DNA of 64,000 bases from an uncultured Bacteroidales bacterium (GCA_902792895.1 CADBBK010000004.1:60464-124463), one strand, 5' to 3'. Shown: positions 29,980 to 40,191, numbered from the stretch's first letter. A program made the numbers and translations. The notes: a model not told the origin generated them from the letters alone.

Positions 29980-31443
29980 ATGAAAACGAAGTTGATCATT
30001 ATGATACTATCCACGTTACTCGCGCTCGAAAGCACAGCGCGCAACACCGGTGAGCGCATCGTTGTTGTCAGTGACAATCACTTGCTCAGTCCTGAGTTGA
30101 TTACCGCTGGCAGCGCCATCGAGCGTGCCCAAGCCTCTGACCTTAAGATGATGGTCCAGAGTGATGACATCATGTCGGCCCTCACCGACAGCATCATCAA
30201 CATCAAGCCCACACTTGTGCTGTTCACGGGTGACCTCACCCACAACGGTGAACGCTTGAGCCATGAGCGCATGGCCGAGCATTTGGGACGCATGGCAGAA
30301 CAGGGCATCCGGGCGCTAGTCATACCCGGCAACCACGACTGCAACAACCCTGGAGCCAAGCGATTTGACGGTGACAAGACACTTCCCACAGCCACCGTTA
30401 CTCGCGAGGAGTTTGCCCAGATTTACTGCGACTACGGCTACGGCAAGGACAGCCGTCGCGACCCCGCGTCACTGAGCTACTGCTGCGAGCCCAGCAAGGG
30501 ACTGGTCATCATTGCTATCGATAGCAATATGGACGAACTCAACACGCTCACCTCACGTGGCGACAGCACCAACAACTACTACAGTAGCGGTCGCATCAAG
30601 CCCGAAACGCTGCAGTGGGTCATCGACCAGGCGAGCAGTGCCCGTCAGCAGGGCAAACTGGTCATCGCCATGATGCACCATCACCTGATTCCGCACTTCG
30701 ACAAGGAGGACCGCCTGCTGACCAACTACATTATCAGCCAGCACAAGGATGTGGCCCGCCAACTCATGGAGGCTGGAGTCCACACCATCTTCACGGGGCA
30801 CCTGCACGTGACCGATGCTGCTACACTATACAATGACGAAGGCACCGACAGCATCGTCGAGGTGGCAACCGGCTCGGCCATCTGCTATCCGTTCGCACTG
30901 CGCATCGCGACACTGGACCGCCAGCACCGTTCGCTCGACATTGCCACCCGCTGGCTCACCTCCACCAACTCATGTCCGTCGTTGCGCGAAATGGGACGAC
31001 AGCGCATCATCAAGTCCACCCCTGGCGTGACAGCGCTGCTGTCGGGCAAAGCATGGAACAAACTGGGCGGACACATGGGCCAACTCAAGGCTATGCTCGA
31101 GGCCGGCGGTGGCAAGGTGAATCTACCCGAGACTCCGCAGCAGGCGACACAACTCGCCCTGCGCCATCTGAAGGAAGTGCTCTCGCGCACCCTGCTTGCC
31201 GTAGTCGAGGGTAACGAGCAGGAGAAGGATGTCGATGACATCATCGAGCAGGGCAAGCAGGGCATTCATGCGATGATTGAGGAAATTGCCCCTGACCAGG
31301 CCGATAACCTGTGGGAGTTCTTCCAGAGCAGCGCCTATCCCCAACTGGATCCTCTGGTGCGCAGCATCCTCGAGGACCGCAACGCCGTGGGCTCTCCCAC
31401 CGAGTCACACACCGACGACCTGCGACTCACCGTCAGATTATAA
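29980..31443 (+). CDS. Metallophosphoesterase (calcineurin-like) with a signal peptide and a helical C-terminal domain
   Basis: 487 aa, with VVVSDNHL, FTGDLTHNG, IPGNHD, MMHHHL and FTGHLH. Confidence 0.85.
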   Translation: MKTKLIIMILSTLLALESTARNTGERIVVVSDNHLLSPELITAGSAIERAQASDLKMMVQSDDIMSALTDSIINIKPTLVLFTGDLTHNGERLSHERMAEHLGRMAEQGIRALVIPGNHDCNNPGAKRFDGDKTLPTATVTREEFAQIYCDYGYGKDSRRDPASLSYCCEPSKGLVIIAIDSNMDELNTLTSRGDSTNNYYSSGRIKPETLQWVIDQASSARQQGKLVIAMMHHHLIPHFDKEDRLLTNYIISQHKDVARQLMEAGVHTIFTGHLHVTDAATLYNDEGTDSIVEVATGSAICYPFALRIATLDRQHRSLDIATRWLTSTNSCPSLREMGRQRIIKSTPGVTALLSGKAWNKLGGHMGQLKAMLEAGGGKVNLPETPQQATQLALRHLKEVLSRTLLAVVEGNEQEKDVDDIIEQGKQGIHAMIEEIAPDQADNLWEFFQSSAYPQLDPLVRSILEDRNAVGSPTESHTDDLRLTVRL

Positions 31444-31597
31444 ACGACAACAGCTAACGCCCAAAGCACTTTTTTTCTTCAATACGCTCACATTTAATAA
31501 AAAAGGGCTATTTTTGTGGTCACTGAATCATCCACTCCCAAAAAGTGACCACAATGATGAAAAGGCTTATTTCCACATTACTATGTAATTGAAGAAA

Positions 31598-33004
31598 ATG
31601 GACAACAACACTGTAAAAATAGCCATCATCAGCGATCTGCATGTGATGGCACCCGAGCTCCTGGTCAACGAGGGTCCCGCATTTGAGCGGTACCTGAACC
31701 AGGACCGCAAGATGCTGCGCGAGAGCCTCGAAATCCTGGACACCCTTGTGGCCGACATCCTGGAGCAGAAGCCGCAACTGGTGCTTGTCACCGGCGACCT
31801 GACCAAGGACGGTGAAAAGATGAGCCACCAACTGGTGGCAGGGCGACTGCAGCGACTCGTGGATGCAGGCATCCAGGTGCTCGTTGTCCCCGGCAACCAT
31901 GACATCAACAATCCCGATGCCAGGGTTTATGTCGGTGACAACACCGTTCCCGCCGACACCATCACACGACCTGAGTTTGCCAAAATCTACCGCCACATGG
32001 GTTACGACGAAAACTCACGGCGCGATCCTGATACCCTGAGTTACTGCCGCGACATCACCGACGACCTCACCATTCTTGCCATTGACGCATGCATGGACCG
32101 TCTCAACACCTTTGTCTCGCGTGGAGACGCACGGGACCACTGCAAGACCAGCGGCAACCTGGAGGCATCAAGCCAGCAATGGTTAGTAGATCAGGCCACC
32201 GCAGCCACCGCAGCCGGGCGTAAGGTCATTGCCATGATGCACCACCACCTGGTGCCTCACTTCCACATGGAGGACACGCTGGCTGCACCTTATATGGTCG
32301 ATGGTGCAGGCCAACTGTGCCAGCGGCTGGTGCAGGCGGGAGTCCATGTCATCTTCACGGGACACCTTCACATCAGCGACATCAGCCAGACGAACCTCCG
32401 CGAGGGGACCATGGTCGAGGTAGCTACCGCAGCAGCCGTTGGTTATCCTTGCCAGTGGCGCATTGCAACCTGCAACACGGCGGCCGGAAAAATGCAGCTG
32501 CGCAGCATGACGCTGAACAGTCTGCCCTCGGACCCGGACTTTGCCGAGCGTGCGCGTGAGGTGTTCAAGAGTTGCATCCCTACGATGACACACGGCGTGC
32601 TCACCCGTTACTGGCCCGAAATCACCCATGCCATCGACAACTACCGCAACAAGCACGACTTCGTGATGCGGTTTGTGGATATCCCAGACTCACCCGAGGC
32701 TATCGCTGAACTGCTGCTCAAGCACCTGCAGGAACCCGTCACCCAGGCTTATATCACCTTTGCCGAGGGCAATGAGGGCGGCAGCGACAATCAGCAACTC
32801 ATCAATCAACTCATCAAGGGGGTGGATAAAGTGGTGGACCAAACCGTCAGGGGAATCCTACGGCCATTGACCAAAGCCGCTCTGCATCTGCGCATCTACG
32901 GCACCTTCAAACTGGTGCTGCGCAGCATCCTGGAGGACCTCAACGACATCGGTACCAGTCACGAGACGGTCATCAACGACCACACGGCCATCATCCCGCT
33001 GTGA
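31598..33004 (+). CDS. Metallophosphoesterase paralog without a signal peptide
   Basis: The motifs IISDLHV, VTGDLTKDG, VPGNHD, MMHHHL and FTGHLH are present. The track start at 31589 is TTG; the first ATG is at 31598. Confidence 0.85.
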   Translation: MDNNTVKIAIISDLHVMAPELLVNEGPAFERYLNQDRKMLRESLEILDTLVADILEQKPQLVLVTGDLTKDGEKMSHQLVAGRLQRLVDAGIQVLVVPGNHDINNPDARVYVGDNTVPADTITRPEFAKIYRHMGYDENSRRDPDTLSYCRDITDDLTILAIDACMDRLNTFVSRGDARDHCKTSGNLEASSQQWLVDQATAATAAGRKVIAMMHHHLVPHFHMEDTLAAPYMVDGAGQLCQRLVQAGVHVIFTGHLHISDISQTNLREGTMVEVATAAAVGYPCQWRIATCNTAAGKMQLRSMTLNSLPSDPDFAERAREVFKSCIPTMTHGVLTRYWPEITHAIDNYRNKHDFVMRFVDIPDSPEAIAELLLKHLQEPVTQAYITFAEGNEGGSDNQQLINQLIKGVDKVVDQTVRGILRPLTKAALHLRIYGTFKLVLRSILEDLNDIGTSHETVINDHTAIIPL

Positions 33005-33017
33005 CGCCAAAAAACAA

Positions 33018-33110
33018 AAAAGTCGCCGTAAAAAATGTAACTTTATCACTAAAAGTCGCCGTAAAAAATGTAACTTTGCACTTGAAAGTAGCCGTAAAAA
33101 ATGCAAAAAC
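33018..33110 (+). repeat. Three direct repeats phased at 33 bp (core AAAAGTCGCCGTAAAAAATGTAACTTT)
   Basis: Units lie at 33018-33044 and 33051-33077 (identical over 27 bp) and 33084-33110 (degenerate: GAAAGTAGCCGTAAAAAATGCAAAAAC). They start 14 nt after the upstream stop codon. Confidence 0.85.
33071..33078 (+). promoter_or_regulatory. -7 promoter box TAACTTTG embedded in repeat unit 2
   Basis: It lies 56 nt upstream of the ATG at 33134. Unit 1 has TAACTTTA at the equivalent position. Confidence 0.45.
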
Positions 33111-33133
33111 ATATCGCATCCATTTGATTATCA

Positions 33134-34480
33134 ATGATGTACAAAAGAAAAATAGAAGAGATTCTCATTCGTTGGAAAAACAATCCACATCGAAAGCCCA
33201 TCGTCATTAAGGGCTGCAGACAATGTGGTAAAACAAGTTCTGTACTGGATTTTGCCAAGAAGCACTATGAGAATATCGTTTATTTGGACTTTCATGAACA
33301 TCGAGAATACAAATTATTCTTTAAGGGTGCGCTCGATGTGGACACGCTCACGTTAAACATGAGCAGTGCCATCCCAAACGCAAAATTTGTCCCGAATAAG
33401 ACTTGTATTATCTTTGACGAGATTCAAGACTGTCCTAGTGCCCGCGCATCGCTGAAATACTTTAAGTTGGATGGCCGTTACGATGTTATGTGTACAGGTT
33501 CATTACTTGGCGTTAATGGATACAGGACAAAAGAAGAGAAACTTGAAGAAGAATTAGCATCGATTCCTGTTGGGTTTGAACATATCGTGAATATGTACCC
33601 CATGGATTTTGAGGAATGGTTGTGGGCAAATGGCTTAGAACAACAACATTTTGATTATCTGAAACAGTGCTTTGAACAAGAAGAACCAGTAAATGAAGCC
33701 ATTCATCAACGAATGAGAGAGCTGTTATTCCGCTATATCGTCGTGGGAGGAATGCCCGAAGCAGTAGCAACTTTCTTTGAAACCAACAACATGAATGACG
33801 TGCTGGTCATTCAACGAGGAATTATTGAAAACTATAAGGCTGACATGTTGAAATATGCACTCCCAACAGATAAATCTCGTATACGCGAGTGCTTTGAATC
33901 CATTCCAGCACAATTGGCAAAGGAAAATAAGAAGTTTCAATATTCTATTATTAAAAAAGGAGCACGTGCTAACCAGTACCAAGGTTCACTCCAGTGGATA
34001 GAAGACGCTGGCATTATAAGACGCTGTTATAATACATTTATTACCGAGTTACCACTTGCTGGGCAAGCCAATAGAAATGTGTTCAAAGTATATATGGCTG
34101 ACATTGGACTCCTTATCAGTATGTTGGAAGACGGGACAGTTTGGAACATCATGCAAGGGAACTTATATACTTATAAAGGAGCAATCTTTGAGAACCTCAT
34201 AGCTGACATTCTGGGGAAAATGGGCAGAGATCTCTATTATTATCAAAAAGGTGAAAGTCTTGAATTGGACTTTCTGATCAATTATAATGGCGAATGCTGC
34301 CCCATTGAATGTAAAGCCGTCGGGGGTAATGCCAAATCGTTGAAAACGGTCTTAAAGCATCCCGAGCATTACCATGTATGTCATGCATTAAAGTTCGGTG
34401 ATTACAATATTGGCCGTAAAGGCCCTATACTTACCCTTCCTGCCTATCTTGCCTTTATGCTCAGACAAAAAGTTGTTTGA
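33134..34480 (+). CDS. AAA+ ATP-binding protein (COG1373-type; AAA_14 plus DUF4143)
   Basis: 448 aa and AT-rich, with the Walker A motif GCRQCGKTS and the Walker B-like IIFDEIQ. Its 3' end overlaps the recO 3' end by 20 nt. Confidence 0.8.
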   Translation: MMYKRKIEEILIRWKNNPHRKPIVIKGCRQCGKTSSVLDFAKKHYENIVYLDFHEHREYKLFFKGALDVDTLTLNMSSAIPNAKFVPNKTCIIFDEIQDCPSARASLKYFKLDGRYDVMCTGSLLGVNGYRTKEEKLEEELASIPVGFEHIVNMYPMDFEEWLWANGLEQQHFDYLKQCFEQEEPVNEAIHQRMRELLFRYIVVGGMPEAVATFFETNNMNDVLVIQRGIIENYKADMLKYALPTDKSRIRECFESIPAQLAKENKKFQYSIIKKGARANQYQGSLQWIEDAGIIRRCYNTFITELPLAGQANRNVFKVYMADIGLLISMLEDGTVWNIMQGNLYTYKGAIFENLIADILGKMGRDLYYYQKGESLELDFLINYNGECCPIECKAVGGNAKSLKTVLKHPEHYHVCHALKFGDYNIGRKGPILTLPAYLAFMLRQKVV

Positions 34481-35186
34481 GGATATCGGGGGAGCGCAGG
34501 GTACCGATGGAGGCATTGTGCAGACGGTAGTAGCCGATGATGACATCCAGCATTCGGTTGCGCTCCTCACGGTTGAAACGGAAAAAGCCCATGTTACTGA
34601 AGGTCATGCGTGACAGCAGATAGATGACCTGCGCCTCCTGGGGCTGCAGCAGGTTGTGTCCACGCACCGCCGAAGGGACAAACACGCCGTCGGTCATGTC
34701 AAACCAAGAGTCCTTGCTGTAACCCTCCAAATTGGGCTGAATGCCCAGGTGAGCACCCAAATGAAACAGGAAACAAATGTGGAAATTGGCCACTTGACCG
34801 GGCATCTGCTCCAGCAACTGCACCGACTGCTCGATGTAGCGGAACAGCGGGTCATTGCCCTCGGGCTCCTGGATGACATGAGTCAGCAGCTCACTGATGA
34901 ACAGGGCAATGGCATTTTTCATGGGGTCGCTGTAGAGCGTTGACAGCGCATAGTTGCGACGCACCTCGCGCAGCATCGCCAAATCACGGCCGGGACGCAC
35001 TGCTGCCTCCAGGTCAATCAGCGACAGGGGCATGAGCAGGGCGTTGCGCATCCGGGCAGCCTGTGTGCGACCTAGAGGCACGGCAAACGACATCAGCCCG
35101 CGCCCATCGGTGTAGATGTGCACGATATTGTGCTTGTCGCTGTAGCGGATAGTGTTGAGTACAATGCCCTTTAACTTCTCATACAT
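34461..35186 (-). CDS. recO: DNA repair protein RecO
   Basis: 241 aa. It begins with the OB-fold N-terminus MYEKLKGIVLNTIRYSDKHNIVHIYT. Confidence 0.85.
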   Translation of the reverse strand: MYEKLKGIVLNTIRYSDKHNIVHIYTDGRGLMSFAVPLGRTQAARMRNALLMPLSLIDLEAAVRPGRDLAMLREVRRNYALSTLYSDPMKNAIALFISELLTHVIQEPEGNDPLFRYIEQSVQLLEQMPGQVANFHICFLFHLGAHLGIQPNLEGYSKDSWFDMTDGVFVPSAVRGHNLLQPQEAQVIYLLSRMTFSNMGFFRFNREERNRMLDVIIGYYRLHNASIGTLRSPDILKQLFV

Positions 35187-35293
35187 GGCGCTAATTTACT
35201 CATTATTCGGCAATCAGAAATCATAAAAAGCCAAAAAACGCAACTTTTTCGGCTTTTCGGCGGGTTAAATTTTGTCAATTCAAAAAATAGTGC

Positions 35294-35301
35294 TAATTTT
35301 G
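35294..35301 (+). promoter_or_regulatory. -7 promoter box TAATTTTG for the tRNA-Glu/rpsT unit
   Basis: It lies 32 nt upstream of the tRNA 5' end. Confidence 0.5.
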
Positions 35302-35332
35302 CGGTCGCTTTTGCGGGAAACTACCGCTTTTC

Positions 35333-35404
35333 GGCCCATTCGTCTATCGGCTAGGACGCAAGATTTTCATTCTTGAAAGAGCAGTTCGATTCTGCTATGG
35401 GCTA
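35333..35404 (+). tRNA. tRNA-Glu (anticodon TTC), copy 1
   Basis: I folded the cloverleaf by hand. The acceptor is GGCCCAT/ATGGGCT (G1-U72 wobble), the D stem GTCT/GGAC, the anticodon stem CAAGA/TCTTG with loop TTTTCAT, and the T arm AGCAG-TTCGATT-CTGCT. CCA is not encoded. Confidence 0.9.
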
Positions 35405-35441
35405 CTATTAACAACTAAATATCAACGTTTTATATTAAATT

Positions 35442-35702
35442 ATGGCAAACCATAAATCAGCTATTAAGAGAATCCGTCAGAGCGAGACCCGCCGTCTTCG
35501 CAACCGTTATTACAGCAAGACCATGCGCAACGCCGTGCGCAACATCCGCAAGATGACCGACGCCAAGGAAGCCGCCGAGGCTATGCCCAAGGTGACCGCC
35601 ATGCTCGACAAGCTTGCTGGCAAGAACGTGATCAGCAAGAACAAGGCCGCAAACCTCAAGTCGAAGCTCGCTCAGCACATCAACAAGCTGAACCAGGCCT
35701 AA
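35442..35702 (+). CDS. rpsT: 30S ribosomal protein S20
   Basis: 86 aa, starting [22 protein letters not shown]. Confidence 0.95.
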   Translation: MANHKSAIKRIRQSETRRLRNRYYSKTMRNAVRNIRKMTDAKEAAEAMPKVTAMLDKLAGKNVISKNKAANLKSKLAQHINKLNQA

Positions 35703-35751
35703 GCAATTAGGCGCGTGGGGCCTTCACGGCACCACGGTTCAGCTAAGGTTC

Positions 35752-35823
35752 GGCCCATTCGTCTATCGGCTAGGACGCAAGATTTTCATTCTTGAAAGAG
35801 CAGTTCGATTCTGCTATGGGCTA
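35752..35823 (+). tRNA. tRNA-Glu (anticodon TTC), copy 2
   Basis: The 72 nt are identical to 35333-35404. Confidence 0.9.
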
Positions 35824-35918
35824 CCGCAGCAAAGCGTTAACGTCCGCGTTTACGCTTTGCCTTGTGTTGTTATACACACCCCCACAGGCATGAATCTGAT
35901 TTACACCCAAGAAAACGC

Positions 35919-35960
35919 AAAAAAAGAGATGGGCGCACTGAGCGTCCATCTCTTTTTTTG
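35919..35960. terminator. Bidirectional intrinsic terminator
   Basis: A7, then the stem AGAGATGGGCGC / GCGTCCATCTCT (~12 bp), then T7. It sits between the + strand tRNA-Glu/rpsT unit and the - strand tRNA-Gln. Confidence 0.75.
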
Positions 35961-36034
35961 TGGTTGCCTTGCCCGGACTCGAACCAGGAAATGCGGCACC
36001 AAAAACCGTTGTGTTACCATTACACTACAAGGCA
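35961..36034 (-). tRNA. tRNA-Gln (anticodon TTG), CCA encoded
   Basis: Hand fold of the reverse complement. The acceptor is TGCCTTG/CAAGGCA (U1-A72, as in bacterial tRNA-Gln), the D stem GTGT/ACAC, the anticodon loop TTTTGGT, and the T arm CCTGG-TTCGAGT-CCGGG. The discriminator is A followed by CCA. Confidence 0.85.
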
Positions 36035-36077
36035 ATCCTTATGTCAATCTGGCGGTGTGCCGCCAAAATTGCGGTGC

Positions 36078-36085
36078 AAAATTAC
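36078..36085 (-). promoter_or_regulatory. -7 promoter box TAATTTTG for tRNA-Gln
   Basis: The reverse complement of CAAAATTA lies 44 nt upstream of the tRNA 5' end. Confidence 0.45.
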
Positions 36086-36142
36086 TGCTTTTTTTTGAAT
36101 TGCAATCGTTTTAACGCGATTTTTTTGCTATAAGCAAGATAA

Positions 36143-37435
36143 TCACTTCACAATGAGCAGGTAGTAGTTCTTCTTTCCCTTCTGTGCGAGGATGTACTTG
36201 CCGTTAAGCAGCAGGTCGGCGCTGGCGGGCATGTTGGGGTCGGCGAGCTTCTCCTTGTTGATGCTCACACCGCCGCCCTGAGTCAGTTTGCGCATTTCAC
36301 CCTTGCTGGGGAAGACGGCAGCCGTTTCGGTTAACAGCGAGATCATCGGAGTTCCCTCGTCGATGGCACTGCGGGGCACCTCAAAGCGGGGCACGCCCTC
36401 AAACACGCTCAGCAGCGTTTCCTCGTCAATCTTGTGGAGAATGTCCTTGGCCTTGTTGGAGAACAGAATCTGTGAAGCCTCGACGGCGTTCTCATAGTCC
36501 TCGGCGCTGTGTACCATGGTGGTAATCTCCTTGGCAAGGCGTTTCTGCAGCGGACGCAAGCCGGGATCCTTCTCCTGCTCAGCAATCAGCTCTTCAATTT
36601 CGTCCTGGGGCAGGGCGGTGAAGATTTTGATGTATTTCTTGGCGTCCTCGTCGCTCACGTTGATCCAGAACTGGTAGAACTTGTAGGGCGAGGTGCGCTT
36701 CGGGTCGAGCCACACGTTGCCACCCTCGGTCTTGCCGAACTTGGTGCCGTCGCTCTTGGTAATCAGCGGGCAAGTGATAGCATAAGCCTCGCCACCGTTG
36801 ATGCGGCGGATGAGCTCGGTACCGGTGGTGATGTTGCCCCACTGGTCACTGCCGCCCATCTGCAGCTTGCAGCCCTCGTGCTCATAAAGGTACAGGAAGT
36901 CATAACCCTGCAGCAACTGGTAGGAGAACTCGGTGAACGACATGCCGTGGTCGGCATTGGCGGCCAGACGCTTTTTCACGCTGTCCTTGGCCATCATGTA
37001 GTTGACGGTGATGTGCTTGCCGATGTCGCGGATGAAGCTCAGGAAGGTGAAATTCTTCATCCAGTCATAGTTGTTCACCACGATGGCATGGTTGGGGGCA
37101 TCGCTGTCAAAGTCCAGGAACTTGGCCAGTTGCTGGCGGATGCATTCCTGGTTGTGGCGCAGCGTCTCCTCGTCGATGAGCTTGCGCTCCTGCGACTTCA
37201 TCGAGGGGTCGCCGATCATGCCCGTCGCACCACCGATCAGGGCGATGGGGCGGTGTCCTGCACGCTGCAGGTGCTTGAGCATCATCACGCCCACCAGGTG
37301 GCCGATGTGAAGCGAGTCGGCCGTCGGGTCGATACCCACATAGCCGCTGGTCATTTCCTTGTTGAGTTGCTCCTCGGCACCAGGCATGATGTCATTGATC
37401 ATTCCGCGCCATTTCAATTCTTCTACAAAATTCAT
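36143..37435 (-). CDS. tyrS: Tyrosine--tRNA ligase
   Basis: 430 aa, with HIGH (LHIGHL), a KMSKS-type KFGKT and a C-terminal S4-like domain. Confidence 0.95.
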   Translation of the reverse strand: MNFVEELKWRGMINDIMPGAEEQLNKEMTSGYVGIDPTADSLHIGHLVGVMMLKHLQRAGHRPIALIGGATGMIGDPSMKSQERKLIDEETLRHNQECIRQQLAKFLDFDSDAPNHAIVVNNYDWMKNFTFLSFIRDIGKHITVNYMMAKDSVKKRLAANADHGMSFTEFSYQLLQGYDFLYLYEHEGCKLQMGGSDQWGNITTGTELIRRINGGEAYAITCPLITKSDGTKFGKTEGGNVWLDPKRTSPYKFYQFWINVSDEDAKKYIKIFTALPQDEIEELIAEQEKDPGLRPLQKRLAKEITTMVHSAEDYENAVEASQILFSNKAKDILHKIDEETLLSVFEGVPRFEVPRSAIDEGTPMISLLTETAAVFPSKGEMRKLTQGGGVSINKEKLADPNMPASADLLLNGKYILAQKGKKNYYLLIVK

Positions 37436-37477
37436 CTTCTTTATTGTTATTGATTGGTTTCTTGTCTATTTGAGCCA

Positions 37478-37485
37478 CAAAGGTA
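37478..37485 (-). promoter_or_regulatory. -7 promoter box TACCTTTG for tyrS
   Basis: The reverse complement of CAAAGGTA lies 43 nt upstream of the ATG at 37435. Confidence 0.55.
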
Positions 37486-37533
37486 CAATTATTTTTTCAA
37501 ACTACAGATATCTCGGATTGTTTGAAAAAATAT

Positions 37534-37541
37534 TACCTTTG
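37534..37541 (+). promoter_or_regulatory. -7 promoter box TACCTTTG for mutS
   Basis: It lies 29 nt upstream of the ATG at 37570 and inside the track's upstream-extended ORF. Confidence 0.55.
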
Positions 37542-37569
37542 TAGTTCAATTAGTAATGACGCGATAAAG

Positions 37570-40191
37570 ATGGCAAAGGACCCGCTGAATACACCGATGA
37601 TGAAGCAGTTTGTCGAGATGAAAGCCAAGCATCCCGACGCCGTGCTGCTGTTCCGTGTGGGAGACTTCTATGAAACCTATCTGGAGGACGCGGTGACGGC
37701 CAGTGAAATCCTGGGCATCACCCTCACGCGACGCAGCAACGGTGCTGCGGCAGCCACCGAGATGGCGGGCTTTCCCCATCATGCGCTCGACACCTACCTG
37801 CCCAAACTGGTGCGCGCCGGCAAGCGCGTCGCCATCTGTGACCAGCTGGAGGACCCCAAACTCACCAAGAAACTCGTCAAGCGCGGCATCACCGAACTGG
37901 TAACGCCGGGTGTGGTCGTGGGCGGCACGATGCTCGACCGCAAGGAGAACAACTTCCTGGCTGCGGTACACTTCGGCAAGAAAATGCTGGGCGTGGCCTT
38001 CCTCGACATCAGCACGGGTGAGTTCCTCACAGCCGAGGGCACCGAGGAGTACGTGGACAAACTGCTGGTAAACTTCTCGCCTAAGGAGGTGCTCATCGAG
38101 CGCAGCAACCGCCAACGGTTTGCCGCTACATTCTCGTCGCGTTACCTGACGTTTGAACTCGAGGACTGGGTATTTACCTATGAGTCGGCCAACGACCGGC
38201 TGCTCAAGCACTTCGAGACGCGAAGTCTCAAGGGCTTCGGCATCACGGCTATGGACAATGCCATCATCGCCAGCGGCGCCATCCTGCACTATCTGGACAT
38301 CACCCAGCACACCCAGTTGGGCCATATCACCCACCTGGCCCGCATCGAAGCCGAGCGCTACGTGCGCCTGGACAAATTCACCATCCGCAACCTGGAACTG
38401 GTAGCGCCCATGAGCGACGACGGCAAGTCGCTGCTCGACGTCATCGACCGCACCATCTCGCCGATGGGTGGCCGCATGATGCGCCGATGGGTGCTGTTCC
38501 CGCTGCAGGACGTGAAGGCCATCAACCGCCGCCTGGACGTGGTGGAACACTTCATGCGTGACCCCGATGGGCGCGAACTCATCAGGGAACGCCTGGAACT
38601 CATCGGTGACTTGGAGCGTCTGACATCCAAGGCCGCCGTGGGACGCATCACGCCGCGCGAACTCGTCCAGCTCAAGAGTGCCCTGCAGGCCATCGAGCCG
38701 ATGAAGCAGTACTGCTCCCAGTCATCGTGCGACGTGTTACGGGCCATGGGCGAGCAGTTGAACCCATGCGCCATCATCCGCGATCGCATTGAGCGCGAAA
38801 TCAACCCCGATGCGCCCAACCAGACCAACCGAGGCAACATCATCTGCCGCGGTGTGGATGCCCAGCTCGACGAACTGCGAGACATCTCGAGCAGCGGCAA
38901 GGACTATCTCGTGGGCATGCAGCGCTCGTTGAGCGACCAGACGGGCATCCCGAGCTTGAAGATTGCCTACAACAACGTGTTCGGCTACTACATCGAGGTG
39001 CGCAACACCCACAAGGACAAAGTGCCCGAGGAGTGGATACGCAAGCAGACGCTGGTCAATGCCGAGCGCTATGTAACGCAGGAACTCAAGGAATATGAGG
39101 AGAAAATCCTGGGTGCCGAGGAAAAGATTCTCATCATCGAGAGCCGCCTGTTCAACGAACTGGTGACTGCCGTGACCGAGTATATCCCTGCCATCCAGAA
39201 CGATAGCGCCATCATCGCCCAGCTCGACTGCCTCAACGCACTGACGCGCGTGGCGATGGAGAACCGCTACAACCGCCCTGTGCTCGACGACAGCCTGGAC
39301 ATCGACATCGCCATGGGCCGGCACCCCGTCATCGAGTGCCAACTGCCGCCGGGCGAGACCTATGTGCCCAACAGCATCCGCCTAAGCAACGATGACCAGC
39401 AGATTATGATTATCACTGGTCCCAACATGGCCGGTAAATCGGCATTGCTGCGCCAGACCGCCCTCATCACCCTAATGGCACAAATGGGCAGTTTCGTGCC
39501 TGCCGAACAGGCCCGTATCGGCATCGTGGACAAGATTTTCACCCGCGTGGGTGCCAGCGACAACATCTCGTTGGGCGAGTCCACCTTCATGGTCGAGATG
39601 ACCGAGGCTGCCGCCATCCTCAACAACATGAGCCAACGCAGTCTCATCCTGTTCGACGAGTTGGGGCGCGGCACGAGCACCTACGACGGCATCAGCATCG
39701 CCTGGAGCATCGTCGAGCATATCCACGAGCACGCCGCGCGCCCCAAGACACTGTTTGCCACCCACTACCACGAGTTGAACGAGATGGAGAAATCGTTCAA
39801 GCGCATCGTGAACTACAACGTGAGCGTTAAGGAAATCAATGGCAAGGTGGTGTTTGTGCGCCAGTTGGTCAAGGGTGGCAGTGAGCACAGCTTCGGTATC
39901 CATGTCGCCAAACTTGCCGGTATGCCCCCCACTATCGTCGAGCGGGCCAACCAAGTCCTCAAGCAACTCGAGGCCAACAACCGCAACGACAGTGCCATCA
40001 CCAAGGACCTGGGCGATGTGGCCAGCAGCCGCTCGGGCTACCAATTGTCCATCTTCCAGCTCGACGACCCCGTGCTGAGCCAGATACGCGACGAGATTCT
40101 CACCATCGACATCAACAACCTCACGCCCATGGAGGCCCTGAACAAACTCTACGACATCAAGGGCATCCTCACAGGCAAGAAAGAGAGATAA
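37570..40191 (+). CDS. mutS: DNA mismatch repair protein MutS
   Basis: I trimmed the start to [14 protein letters not shown]. It has the mismatch-binding GDFYE and the Walker A motif GPNMAGKS. Confidence 0.95.
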   Translation: MAKDPLNTPMMKQFVEMKAKHPDAVLLFRVGDFYETYLEDAVTASEILGITLTRRSNGAAAATEMAGFPHHALDTYLPKLVRAGKRVAICDQLEDPKLTKKLVKRGITELVTPGVVVGGTMLDRKENNFLAAVHFGKKMLGVAFLDISTGEFLTAEGTEEYVDKLLVNFSPKEVLIERSNRQRFAATFSSRYLTFELEDWVFTYESANDRLLKHFETRSLKGFGITAMDNAIIASGAILHYLDITQHTQLGHITHLARIEAERYVRLDKFTIRNLELVAPMSDDGKSLLDVIDRTISPMGGRMMRRWVLFPLQDVKAINRRLDVVEHFMRDPDGRELIRERLELIGDLERLTSKAAVGRITPRELVQLKSALQAIEPMKQYCSQSSCDVLRAMGEQLNPCAIIRDRIEREINPDAPNQTNRGNIICRGVDAQLDELRDISSSGKDYLVGMQRSLSDQTGIPSLKIAYNNVFGYYIEVRNTHKDKVPEEWIRKQTLVNAERYVTQELKEYEEKILGAEEKILIIESRLFNELVTAVTEYIPAIQNDSAIIAQLDCLNALTRVAMENRYNRPVLDDSLDIDIAMGRHPVIECQLPPGETYVPNSIRLSNDDQQIMIITGPNMAGKSALLRQTALITLMAQMGSFVPAEQARIGIVDKIFTRVGASDNISLGESTFMVEMTEAAAILNNMSQRSLILFDELGRGTSTYDGISIAWSIVEHIHEHAARPKTLFATHYHELNEMEKSFKRIVNYNVSVKEINGKVVFVRQLVKGGSEHSFGIHVAKLAGMPPTIVERANQVLKQLEANNRNDSAITKDLGDVASSRSGYQLSIFQLDDPVLSQIRDEILTIDINNLTPMEALNKLYDIKGILTGKKER

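Noticed and set aside
33018-33110. Possible mini-CRISPR array
   Set aside because: There are only three units, separated by 6-7 bp spacers rather than ~30 bp. There are no cas genes, and the third unit is degenerate. Promoter or operator repeats fit better.
33001-33210. 69-aa ORF with a repeated VAVKNVTL peptide
   Set aside because: It is merely the translation of the three 33-bp DNA repeats plus the 5' end of the ATPase region, out of frame. It has no independent support.
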